DNA from: Clostridiales bacterium
GTDB taxonomy: Bacteria > Bacillota > Clostridia > TANB77 > CAG-508
NCBI GenBank assembly: GCA_003534295.1
Contig: DPDV01000003.1
Coordinates: 1,580-33,579, forward strand
DNA: 32,000 nucleotides
Direction of reading: 5' to 3'
Of this stretch, positions 18,664 through 27,232 are shown in pieces (the stretch's first letter is position 1; each line of letters starts with the position of its first letter). A program made the translations under genes and the position numbers. The notes below the pieces were generated by a model. It saw only the letters and a program-made list of their open reading frames with translations, was not told where the DNA came from and ran no database searches.

Positions 18664-21096
18664 ATGGAATCACGTGACGGAAAGATTATAGAAAGAGATA
18701 TAGAAACAGAGATGAAAACATCCTATATAGATTATGCAATGAGTGTTATTGTATCTCGTGCTTTACCAGATGTAAGAGATGGATTAAAACCTGTTCACAG
18801 AAGAATTTTATATGCAATGTATGAAGATGGAATTACTTCAGATAAACCATATAGAAAGTGCGCTAATACTGTAGGGTCAGTTTTAGGAAGATATCACCCA
18901 CATGGAGATGCTTCTGTTTATGATGCAATGGTAAGAATGGCACAGGATTTTTCATTGAGATATAGATTAATTGATGGACACGGAAACTTTGGTTCAATAG
19001 ATGGCGATGGTGCAGCTGCAATGAGGTATACAGAAGCAAGAATGGCTAAAATTGCAGAAACAATGCTTACAGACATAGAAAAAAATACAGTAGATTTTAT
19101 GCCAAACTATGATGATAGATTGCAGGAGCCAACTGTTCTTCCATCTAAAATACCCACACTATTAATTAATGGATCTTCGGGTATAGCAGTTGGAATGGCA
19201 ACAAACATACCTCCTCACAATTTAACAGAAGTAATAAATGGAATTATTAAAATAATTGATGAAGATAATGTTACAGATGAAGAGTTATTATCAATAATTA
19301 AGGGGCCAGATTTTCCTACGGAAGGCATAATAATAGGAAGAGAAGGAATAAAAGAGGCATATTTAACAGGTAGAGGAAAAATTACAGTACGAGCAGAGGC
19401 AGAAATAGAAGAAACAAGCAATAATAGACAAAGAATAATTGTTAATTCTTTGCCATATCAAGTAAATAAAGCAAAGTTAGTTGAAAATATTGCTTCATTG
19501 GTTAGAGAAAAAAGACTAGAGGGAATTTCAGATTTACGTGATGAATCAGATAGAATAGATAGAGTTAGAATAGTTATAGAATTAAAAAGAGATGCAAATG
19601 CCCAAGTAGTATTAAATCAACTATATAAAAACACACAAATGCAAGATACATTTGGAATAATAATGTTAGCATTGGTAAATGGAGAACCAAAGATACTAAC
19701 TTTAAGACAGTGTTTGGATTATTATATAGACCACAGAAAAACAGTTATATTGCGTAGAACACAGTTCGATTTAGACAAAGCATTAGCAAGAGCACACATA
19801 TTAGAAGGATTAAAAATAGCTTTAGATAATATAGACGAAGTAATTAATATTATAAGAAACTCATATGATGATGCAAAAGAAAGATTAATGAAAAGATTTG
19901 GATTATCTGATATACAAGCTCAAGCTATATTGGATATGAGATTAAAGACGCTATCAGGTTTGCAAAGAGAAAAAATAGACGAAGAATACAATGAGCTAAT
20001 GAAATTAATAGAATATTATAGAGAAGTATTAAGTAGTGAGCGACTAGTATTTGATATAATAAAAAAAGAATTAACAGAAATTAAAGAAAAATATGGAGAT
20101 GAAAGAAAGACAAAAATAGCAGCAGCCGAAGGCGAAATTGATGTAGAAGATTTAATTAAAGAAGAACAAAGCGTAATAACATTAACTCACTTTGGATACA
20201 TAAAAAGAATGCCTGTAGATACATATAAAAGCCAAAAAAGAGGAGGAAAAGGAATAACAGGTATAGCAACAAGGGAAGAAGATTTTGTAAAACAAATATT
20301 TACAGCATCCACACATGATATTATATTATTCTTTAGTAACAAAGGAAAATTATATAGATTGAAAGGATATGAAGTACCAGAAGCAGGAAGAACTGCTAAA
20401 GGTACAGCAATTGTTAATTTATTAAGCCTAGATCCAGGCGAAAAAATATCCGCAGTTATACCAATCAATAACTTCTCAGAAGGAAAATATTTATTGATGG
20501 GAACTAAAAATGGACTAATAAAAAAGACTGCACTTACAGAGTATAATTCAGCAAGAAAAACGGGATTATTAGCAATCACATTAAAAGATGATGATGAATT
20601 AATAGATGTAAGACTAACAGATGGCGAAGACAATGTTGTAATGGTAACCAAAAAAGGTATGAGCATTACATTTGACGAAAAAGATGTTAGACCAGTTGGA
20701 AGAACTGCGCAAGGAGTAATTGGAATTAGACTTGATGAAGATGATAGTGTAATAGGTATGGAATCTATTATTTCTAACATTAAAGGTACCCTTCTTGCCA
20801 TAACAGAAAATGGATTTGGAAAGAGAACAGAATTAGAAGAATATAGAGTACAAAATAGAGGGGGAAGAGGTGTAATAACTTATAAAGTAACACCTAAAAC
20901 TGGAGATATAGTTGGAATAAGAATAGCGACAGATGAAGAAGATGTTATGCTTATAACTGACAATGGCACTATAATTAGATTAAATGTTAAAGACATAAGT
21001 ATATTGGGTAGAGCAACGCAGGGAGTAACTTTAATGAGGACAAATGAAGGTAAGGTAGTAAGCATAGAAAAAATATCTTTGGAAGAAAGTGAATAA
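18664..21096 (+). CDS. gyrA: DNA gyrase subunit A
   Basis: 810 aa. [23 protein letters not shown]-type [19 protein letters not shown], active-site [10 protein letters not shown], and a C-terminal beta-pinwheel repeat region. Confidence 0.97.
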   Translation: MESRDGKIIERDIETEMKTSYIDYAMSVIVSRALPDVRDGLKPVHRRILYAMYEDGITSDKPYRKCANTVGSVLGRYHPHGDASVYDAMVRMAQDFSLRYRLIDGHGNFGSIDGDGAAAMRYTEARMAKIAETMLTDIEKNTVDFMPNYDDRLQEPTVLPSKIPTLLINGSSGIAVGMATNIPPHNLTEVINGIIKIIDEDNVTDEELLSIIKGPDFPTEGIIIGREGIKEAYLTGRGKITVRAEAEIEETSNNRQRIIVNSLPYQVNKAKLVENIASLVREKRLEGISDLRDESDRIDRVRIVIELKRDANAQVVLNQLYKNTQMQDTFGIIMLALVNGEPKILTLRQCLDYYIDHRKTVILRRTQFDLDKALARAHILEGLKIALDNIDEVINIIRNSYDDAKERLMKRFGLSDIQAQAILDMRLKTLSGLQREKIDEEYNELMKLIEYYREVLSSERLVFDIIKKELTEIKEKYGDERKTKIAAAEGEIDVEDLIKEEQSVITLTHFGYIKRMPVDTYKSQKRGGKGITGIATREEDFVKQIFTASTHDIILFFSNKGKLYRLKGYEVPEAGRTAKGTAIVNLLSLDPGEKISAVIPINNFSEGKYLLMGTKNGLIKKTALTEYNSARKTGLLAITLKDDDELIDVRLTDGEDNVVMVTKKGMSITFDEKDVRPVGRTAQGVIGIRLDEDDSVIGMESIISNIKGTLLAITENGFGKRTELEEYRVQNRGGRGVITYKVTPKTGDIVGIRIATDEEDVMLITDNGTIIRLNVKDISILGRATQGVTLMRTNEGKVVSIEKISLEESE

Positions 21097-21097
21097 T

Positions 21098-21625
21098 ATG
21101 ATGAATTTTAAAAAAGATTCAGTAAACCCAATAATGCTTCTTATTGAAAACCTTGGCGAAATAAGTATTTTGGCTGACGAGGTAGTAGATAATCCAGACG
21201 TAATATCAGATAATCAGGAGAGAGAAATATTAACAGATATATATGGAAAATTTATGAAAGAAAATATGGAGATAATAATTGAAATAACTAAAAGCTCTGG
21301 GCAGGAAGAAGGATACAAAAATGTGGAAGAAATTTCAAAGTTTTTTTATAAAAGATTGAATAAGCTTAAAACAGATGCTGTAGTAAAAAGACAAGAAAAA
21401 AGTATAGTAGCAATACTGAGTCAGAGACTACCAAATGGACTAAAGCAACAAAAACTTATGGAATTAGCAGAAGAAATAATGCAAAAAAACGGAGGTAAAA
21501 AAGGTGCAAGAATCAACGATGTAGGATATCTAAGGAAACGTATTTTATTCACTGCAATGGATAAAGGATTTGTTCCTCCTCACGGTACAGAAGAAGTTGG
21601 TGATACAGGAGATGAAGAAAGATAA
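21098..21625 (+). CDS. Hypothetical acidic protein packed against the gyrA stop
   Basis: ATG 2 nt after the gyrA TAA, with GGAAGAAAG 8 nt upstream (the track start is a GTG at 21089 inside gyrA). ~175 aa, no recognisable motifs, acidic C-terminus GTEEVGDTGDEER. Confidence 0.55.
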   Translation: MMNFKKDSVNPIMLLIENLGEISILADEVVDNPDVISDNQEREILTDIYGKFMKENMEIIIEITKSSGQEEGYKNVEEISKFFYKRLNKLKTDAVVKRQEKSIVAILSQRLPNGLKQQKLMELAEEIMQKNGGKKGARINDVGYLRKRILFTAMDKGFVPPHGTEEVGDTGDEER

Positions 21626-21631
21626 CAATAT

Positions 21632-21669
21632 AAAAAATCTGTGATTAATTGATTAATCACAGATTTTTT
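21632..21669. terminator. Bidirectional intrinsic terminator between convergent genes
   Basis: Perfect 18-bp inverted repeat AAAAAATCTGTGATTAAT (21632-21649) / ATTAATCACAGATTTTTT (21652-21669) with A-run and T-run flanks. The right arm encodes the last codons of the dnaI-like gene. Confidence 0.75.
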
Positions 21670-22654
21670 TAAATCTTATATCTTCTCCGAAAAAATAGCA
21701 AATATTGTAATCTCCAATTATTCTAGAAACTATTCTTTCATCATAAGTATTATATAAGTTTTGTAAACTTAAATTTGTAGAAATTATTGTTTTAGTTATA
21801 TTTTTTTGATTTAACAACCTTGTATTAATTATATTAAATAATTCAGTGAATTTCATGTTATTAACACATTCTGTGCCTAAATCATCAATTATTAATAAAT
21901 CTACATTTAATATACTTTCTAAAATATTAGAATTATTAGATTTGCCAAATCTGTAGTCAATTATTGTATCTAACATTACAGGAGCTGTTTGATATAAAAC
22001 GGTTTTTCTTTGCTTAATTAATTCATTTGCTATACAACTAGAAAGGAAAGTTTTGCCTAAGCCAGTATTGCCAGTAAATAACAAGTTTTTTTCCTCTGCT
22101 TTTTCAAAGTTATTGATAAAACTAAAACATATATCTTTTATTAATTTTATATTTTCTCTAGGAGAAACGTCTGAGTGATATTTTGACTCATCTATTTTAT
22201 CAGAATAAAATAGTTCATTAAAATTCTGAAAGTTTTGATTCTTTATGTTATAAATATTTGATTTATTATATTCCAAATCAAATATTTTTTGTTTTAGACA
22301 ATTGCACATTATAGAATTAGAGCCTTCTACAATATATCCGGTATCTTTACATATATTACACTCAAATTTAGGTAAAAAGTAAGATTCATTTATTCCGAGA
22401 GAATTTAAAACCTGTTTTTTCTTATTTTTTAAAACATTAATTTTTTCTTGAAATTTTTCTAAAAGAGTGGGATCATTTTTATTTATAAGAGATTTTGCAG
22501 TTGAAATAGCTAGAAAATTTAATTCGTCATCTATCTTTTGCAAATCTGGGTATTGCAAATATAATTCTTTTTTTCTTATATCAGCCATTTGAATTGCATT
22601 AATTCTTTTATTTTCATATTCTGTTAAAAGTTTTTTTAGAGTAGAATTATTCAT
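21653..22654 (-). CDS. dnaI: DnaI/DnaC-family AAA+ helicase loader
   Basis: 333 aa. Cys cluster CNICKDTGYI..MCNC (zinc-binding N-domain as in DnaI). Walker A FTGNTGLGKTFLSSCIANEL and Walker B DLLIIDDLGTE. Confidence 0.75.
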   Translation of the reverse strand: MNNSTLKKLLTEYENKRINAIQMADIRKKELYLQYPDLQKIDDELNFLAISTAKSLINKNDPTLLEKFQEKINVLKNKKKQVLNSLGINESYFLPKFECNICKDTGYIVEGSNSIMCNCLKQKIFDLEYNKSNIYNIKNQNFQNFNELFYSDKIDESKYHSDVSPRENIKLIKDICFSFINNFEKAEEKNLLFTGNTGLGKTFLSSCIANELIKQRKTVLYQTAPVMLDTIIDYRFGKSNNSNILESILNVDLLIIDDLGTECVNNMKFTELFNIINTRLLNQKNITKTIISTNLSLQNLYNTYDERIVSRIIGDYNICYFFGEDIRFKKICD

Positions 22655-22666
22655 TTTTTCACATCC

Positions 22667-23647
22667 TTATGCTTCTTGTTTTTTTTTAACATTTGCGTAT
22701 AAATTGTTTAAATTATCATAAGTTCTTTGTTCATATTTGTTATATCCAGAAGATTTTTCTAAATTCTGTACATTCTTATTTTTCTGTTTCATTTCCAATA
22801 AAAATTTTTGGATTTCGTCAGAATTGGTAAATCCTCTGTCATGCCAATCACTTAATAATTTATCTAAATAGTCAAAATTTGGATTGGCTTTAGATGTAGT
22901 ACGTTTTAATGCAATTTCAATTATATCTAGGTTATATTTAAAGTCAATTACCCACTTTTCGATGTAAGCGTACTCGTACTGAGATAAGTTTCTTTTTAAA
23001 CCTAATTTCTTTAAAATATTATTAGCAATTATATTTAATTTTTCTTGTTTTTCATAATAAATATCTAAATCTGTAAAAGTTTTGATATTATTTTTAGCCC
23101 ATGCAGCAGCAACTGTTTGGATATAATTTCTGTGTAATGCAGATTTATCAAAGCAGTAACCAAATAATGCAATCATAACTTCTTCATCAAAATTGTATTT
23201 TTTGAACCATAATTCAATATCTGGATACCATGAAGTAGGCATTAACCCAGAAAAATACTTATTATTAATATATTCTATAGCTTGAGCTCTTTTTTGACCT
23301 TCTGCAGATTTTTTTAGTTCTTCAGCAGATAAAGATGTTTTAGGTTTATATATTTTATATAACTCAATTTCTTGTAAATTATTAATAATATATCCTGTAT
23401 TTTTTTTAGTAATTACGCCAATATCTTCCCAATACTTTAAGGCATCCTGTATAACCTTTAGAGGAAGTACTAATTTTTTTGATAAATCATTTAGTTTTAC
23501 GTCTTTATCATATTTAGACAAAAATAATAAATACAAATATACTTTTATAAAATCACCATTTGCTTGTGATAAGTATTCTGAGAAAAAAATATCTGGTATT
23601 TCTGTTTTTGAAAACAAAGGTAATATTTCTGTATTTTCTAATTTCAT
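22667..23647 (-). CDS. DnaD-domain replication protein (Firmicute DnaB/DnaD co-loader type)
   Basis: Start chosen at MKLENTEILP (ATG at 23647, GGGGAGG 9 nt upstream; the track start at 23665 is a TTG). Two DnaD-like C-terminal repeats (YIQTVAAAWAKNNIKT.. and NFDYLDKLLSDWHDRGFTN). Followed 12 nt later by the DnaI-like gene, like the Bacillus dnaB-dnaI pair. Confidence 0.7.
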   Translation of the reverse strand: MKLENTEILPLFSKTEIPDIFFSEYLSQANGDFIKVYLYLLFLSKYDKDVKLNDLSKKLVLPLKVIQDALKYWEDIGVITKKNTGYIINNLQEIELYKIYKPKTSLSAEELKKSAEGQKRAQAIEYINNKYFSGLMPTSWYPDIELWFKKYNFDEEVMIALFGYCFDKSALHRNYIQTVAAAWAKNNIKTFTDLDIYYEKQEKLNIIANNILKKLGLKRNLSQYEYAYIEKWVIDFKYNLDIIEIALKRTTSKANPNFDYLDKLLSDWHDRGFTNSDEIQKFLLEMKQKNKNVQNLEKSSGYNKYEQRTYDNLNNLYANVKKKQEA

Positions 23648-23679
23648 AGCATAATGCCTCCCCAAAGTTTATTTGTCAA

Positions 23680-23708
23680 ATTATATCATTTTCTGAATAT
23701 TTTTACAA
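23680..23708 (-). promoter_or_regulatory. Candidate strong promoter for the dnaD-like/dnaI-like pair: TTGTAA-17-TATAAT, spacer ending in an extended -10 TGa
   Basis: On the minus strand, TTGTAA is at 23708-23703 and TGATATAAT at 23688-23680 (perfect extended -10). Confidence 0.55.
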
Positions 23709-23757
23709 TAAATCTTTTGGGAAAACACAGTTTATATGAAAAAAATTATAATAAATG

Positions 23758-24036
23758 TTATTTATACAAATAAAGTTTGTTTTTTAGTAAATATTTAAGA
23801 AAATATTTGAGAAAATACACAATATTTTCATTATTTACACCAATAAAAGTGAACAAGAGCAATGGGAAACATAATATGATAATTGCACTTATTTTTATAT
23901 ATAGACTGTTAAAAAAACAATTTGATATAAAAAATATTATACAGGCCCATATTAAATTTAGTATTAGAGAGCTGTAAGATATAAAACCAAATAATTTATT
24001 GTCAAAATTGTAATTTTGAGGAAAAATAAAATTCAT
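23758..24036 (-). CDS. Small two-TM membrane protein, VirB3/TcpE/PrgI-like by size, topology and position
   Basis: 92 aa. F..NYNFDNKLFGFISYSSLILNLIW.. gives two hydrophobic helices, then a basic tail YFLKYLLKNKLYLYK. The start overlaps the upstream stop (TAATG). AGGAGG SD. Confidence 0.4.
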   Translation of the reverse strand: MNFIFPQNYNFDNKLFGFISYSSLILNLIWACIIFFISNCFFNSLYIKISAIIILCFPLLLFTFIGVNNENIVYFLKYFLKYLLKNKLYLYK

Positions 24037-24917
24037 TAAGACCTCCTATTAAATAAATTTGGTGATATGCCAAAATTATTTGACACATCTGTAGAAATTC
24101 CGCCGATTAATTGCCTTATATATGAATTAATATGTACTAAAGCGTATATACATCCTAGGTAAGTTAATTTTGACATAGTATTAGAATTGAAACTAATTGA
24201 AAAAACTAGTAATAGTATTAGAGCAATAAATGATTGCATTATTAATAGTGAAAAAATACATCTAATCCATGATTTGAAAAACCAACTTATTGAATTGTTT
24301 AATAATGTCAATAGTGCAAATGGAGTTAGTAGGCAAAAGAGTTTTATCATAATATACCTTAGAGAGTAAGAAAAAATTAAATTAAAAAGGCTGATAGTTA
24401 TAAATGTTTTGGAAATTCCATCAAAGGAAAAAATATTAAAGTCAGAAGTTATAGAATATATATCAACATTTAATTTTTCAATAAGTTTTGAAAAAGAAAT
24501 AGAAAAACCAAATATGGACTGTCCAAGCTCTTGTATAGAAGAAGAAAGCAAATGATTAATATTTAGAATCTGCTCACAAATAAAAAATGAAGAATTGATA
24601 CTAATACCCAAAATAAGCAGTCTAAAAACAAAGTGATGAGGTGATTCTACAGGCTGACTAGTATAATTTGAATAAGCAAGTTTGACTGCATAATATATAA
24701 CAAAAGCAATTAATAGAGAGTTTGCAATTAATAACAAACCATTAGTTGAAGAAGTACCAAATATTTTTTCAAAAAATGATATTTTTAATATATTTGTATC
24801 TATAAAAGCCAATTCATCTAATATTTCATAAAGGGTTGTATCAATGGAAGACAATAGATTGTTTAACAAATTGTTTATAGTTTCAAAAATTATATAAGAA
24901 ATATTTTGTTGCTCCAT
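24036..24917 (-). CDS. Polytopic membrane protein, VirB6/TrbL-like
   Basis: ~293 aa from MEQQNISY (AGGTGA 6 nt upstream; the track GTG start is at 24926). At least 5 hydrophobic segments. SLRYIMIKLFCLLTPFALL resembles the R-Y..P-hydrophobic-A motif I recall from TrbL/VirB6-type proteins. Confidence 0.45.
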   Translation of the reverse strand: MEQQNISYIIFETINNLLNNLLSSIDTTLYEILDELAFIDTNILKISFFEKIFGTSSTNGLLLIANSLLIAFVIYYAVKLAYSNYTSQPVESPHHFVFRLLILGISINSSFFICEQILNINHLLSSSIQELGQSIFGFSISFSKLIEKLNVDIYSITSDFNIFSFDGISKTFITISLFNLIFSYSLRYIMIKLFCLLTPFALLTLLNNSISWFFKSWIRCIFSLLIMQSFIALILLLVFSISFNSNTMSKLTYLGCIYALVHINSYIRQLIGGISTDVSNNFGISPNLFNRRS

Positions 24918-24926
24918 AAATATCAC

Positions 24927-25262
24927 CTATACTATAAGTGTTTTTATGGCGGATAATATTAAGTCAATTGCTAAAATAAATCCATAAGAAAAAAGTGAGC
25001 TTCTAATTAGCTTTTTGGCTATCCTTATTCTTTCTTCATCACCAAAACTAAATTTTTTCATAAATACACCTGTTCCAACGGCAACAGCGGCAGCCGGTGT
25101 AGCAAGCTTTAAAAGCCATTCTTCTATTTTAGTAAAAGCATCATTTAATTTAGTAACTATCTTTGGTGTAGAATCAAAAAAACAATAAGAAATGTTAAAA
25201 ATATTAAATAATAAAATAAAAAATAGTAAAATAATAATAATTTTTTTAGTAAAAGTTTTCAT
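24927..25262 (-). CDS. Small secreted or membrane protein, TrbC/VirB2-pilin-like topology
   Basis: 111 aa. N-terminal signal-like helix, then two hydrophobic helices (ATPAAAVAVGTGVFM and SLFSYGFILAIDLILSAI) separated by a short charged loop. Strong AAGGAGGA SD. Overlaps the end of the coupling-protein gene by 17 nt. Confidence 0.4.
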   Translation of the reverse strand: MKTFTKKIIIILLFFILLFNIFNISYCFFDSTPKIVTKLNDAFTKIEEWLLKLATPAAAVAVGTGVFMKKFSFGDEERIRIAKKLIRSSLFSYGFILAIDLILSAIKTLIV

Positions 25263-26991
25263 GAAAATCCTCCTTATATAAAAAATATGGTATTAATTTT
25301 AATTTTTGGGGTGGTATAATTTTGGAACCATCTGATAAAAAGCCTAGGGCAGTAAAGTTTTCCAATTCTTGAGTAAAAAATTTTGTGTCATAGATAAAAT
25401 CTGTTTGAATAGATGTACTAATGGTTTCCGAAATGTTAGAATTTTTAGAATTCAACGAATTAGTTAAATAACTAAATACTGTTTTTTGTGCATTTTCAGA
25501 AATTGAATGAGAAGATTTTTCTTTATCCTCTTTACCAATTTGCTTTTGTATATCTTCTATTGTAAAAATGTCGTCAGATCTAAACCATAATTTATTTATT
25601 AAATTTTGAGTAATCATTTTTACAGTAGCTTGATTATTAATGGTATTAAGAAGAGATGTATAGCTTTGTGTTGCCAGAATGTTAATGCATTTTGCTTCCC
25701 TACTTTGAGAAAAAAAGTTGCTGTCTGTTTCCGTACAGTATTCATGATATTCGTCAGAAATAAATGCAACACTTCTATTAGAAATTTGAAAATTATTTGC
25801 TAGCCTCATCATGACTTCTGATTGGAAATCTAATTTTAAATATGCTGATATTATTTTAGACAAAATTGCATATTCACTGATATTCATATTTAAAACAACT
25901 ATTTTTCCATTTTCCAAAACATCTTGAAAACCTAAAAAATTAAGTTCCTCTAATGGTGGAGAAAAGGTTTTTAAAATATCATACTCTCCAATAAAACTAT
26001 TAGTAATGCGTGTTATTTCTGATTTTATAATAGATAAAGTACGAGGGTCTAAATTTAGAAATTCTTTTTCAAAAAAGGTTATGGAAGAAAGTAAATCATA
26101 GGTTTCGGTATGATTATAATAATTATTATTAAATTTTTCTCTTAAAATTTTTAACTTATCCAGATAATAATCATTAACCATAATTATTTTATGTAGTTCA
26201 TCAAAAGTTACATAACCATCATTATAAAGCCTGCATAATTTTATAGCTTCTGCTAAAACCTGCTCAGCTTTGTCTAACCAAAAAGATTCTGTATTATTTT
26301 TAGAAAACAGCAAAAGAATCGTTTTTAATCTATTTGCTAAGACAGAAGGCTTTAAGTTTGGCTTGTGTAAAGGGTTATATTTGTAAATTCCATTTAGTTC
26401 AATTGTAATTAAATCCTCTTCTCTATTATATATTTTGCAAAATTTTTTAACCTGTTTATAGTAATTACCTTTAACGTCTAAAATAAGCATTCCAATCTTT
26501 TTTTCGAAATTATTGGACTTATATTTAATTAGTTGTTGTGTAAAAGGATACATTGCGCTACTTGTTTTTCCAGTACCTATCGTTCCAGTTACTAAAATGT
26601 TTTGGTAAAGACTTTTTTCAGGTAAAAATATTTTCTCATCTGTAAAAATATTTTTTCCTATAAAAAGAGAGAGTTCGTTGGAATTAACAGAGGATATATG
26701 TTTGGGATGCTTAATCTTTTTAGAAAAAGTTTTTATAAATGGACGGATAAATAATGAAAAAAATGAACTAGAAAGAATAATGGATGAAAAAATATATGAG
26801 ATTACAAATAAAATTTTTATGTATTTCCAAATCAAAGGTTGTTCTATACAAATGTCGAATGGATGTAACCCGTATTCAATAATAATTGTAGATGATGTAA
26901 AAATAGGATAGAAGATTTTTAGACCAAACAAACAGGAAATAGAAGATAAAAATAAAACGAAAATAAAGTGTGCAATAAAAATCACCTCCAT
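25246..26991 (-). CDS. virD4: VirD4/TraG/TrwB-family type IV coupling protein
   Basis: 581 aa. N-terminal TM helices. Walker A VTGTIGTGKTSSAMYPF (about 26563-26592), LILDVKGNY, Walker B AFISDEYHEY and ILATQSYTSL. The start is uncertain (see findings). Confidence 0.7.
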   Translation of the reverse strand: MEVIFIAHFIFVLFLSSISCLFGLKIFYPIFTSSTIIIEYGLHPFDICIEQPLIWKYIKILFVISYIFSSIILSSSFFSLFIRPFIKTFSKKIKHPKHISSVNSNELSLFIGKNIFTDEKIFLPEKSLYQNILVTGTIGTGKTSSAMYPFTQQLIKYKSNNFEKKIGMLILDVKGNYYKQVKKFCKIYNREEDLITIELNGIYKYNPLHKPNLKPSVLANRLKTILLLFSKNNTESFWLDKAEQVLAEAIKLCRLYNDGYVTFDELHKIIMVNDYYLDKLKILREKFNNNYYNHTETYDLLSSITFFEKEFLNLDPRTLSIIKSEITRITNSFIGEYDILKTFSPPLEELNFLGFQDVLENGKIVVLNMNISEYAILSKIISAYLKLDFQSEVMMRLANNFQISNRSVAFISDEYHEYCTETDSNFFSQSREAKCINILATQSYTSLLNTINNQATVKMITQNLINKLWFRSDDIFTIEDIQKQIGKEDKEKSSHSISENAQKTVFSYLTNSLNSKNSNISETISTSIQTDFIYDTKFFTQELENFTALGFLSDGSKIIPPQKLKLIPYFLYKEDFHENFY

Positions 26992-26997
26992 TATTTG

Positions 26998-27026
26998 ATT
27001 TTAATATTTAATTTAGAACCTTGCAA
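26998..27026 (-). promoter_or_regulatory. Candidate promoter TTGCAA-17-TAAAAT placing the transcript start at or next to the coupling-protein ATG (leaderless)
   Basis: On the minus strand, TTGCAA is at 27026-27021 and TAAAAT at 27003-26998. Six nt separate the -10 from the A of the ATG at 26991. Confidence 0.35.
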
Positions 27027-27153
27027 ATTGTGGGAAACATTAATGTCGAAGAAATTGTAAATTGAGTAAAAAACAATAAAAAGATTAAAAATAAAGATAA
27101 TAAAAAAATAGTCTATTAATTTTAAAATATAATATCACCTCCCAGTTTTTACC

Positions 27154-27182
27154 ATAATACAACATTTTTGAAAATTTGTCTA
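27154..27182 (-). promoter_or_regulatory. Alternative upstream promoter for module 2: TAGACA-17-TATTAT
   Basis: On the minus strand, TAGACA is at 27182-27177 and TATTAT at 27159-27154. It would give a ~155-nt leader that begins with an orphan GGGAGGTGAT. Confidence 0.3.
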
Positions 27183-27203
27183 TACTTTTTGTAAAAAATT
27201 GTA

Positions 27204-27232
27204 TTGATATTTGTTTTTCTTTTTGCTATACT
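27204..27232 (+). promoter_or_regulatory. Candidate promoter of the LCP gene: TTGATA-17-TATACT
   Basis: TTGATA at 27204-27209 and TATACT at 27227-27232. Divergent from the module 2 promoters. Confidence 0.45.

Noticed and set aside
27061-27145. Small ORFs in the module 2 leader, for example GTG ATA TTA TAT .. (17 codons) and ATG TTT CCC ACA .. (10 codons)
   Set aside because: They have either no SD or an SD overlapping the start codon. They are very short and cannot be supported from sequence alone.
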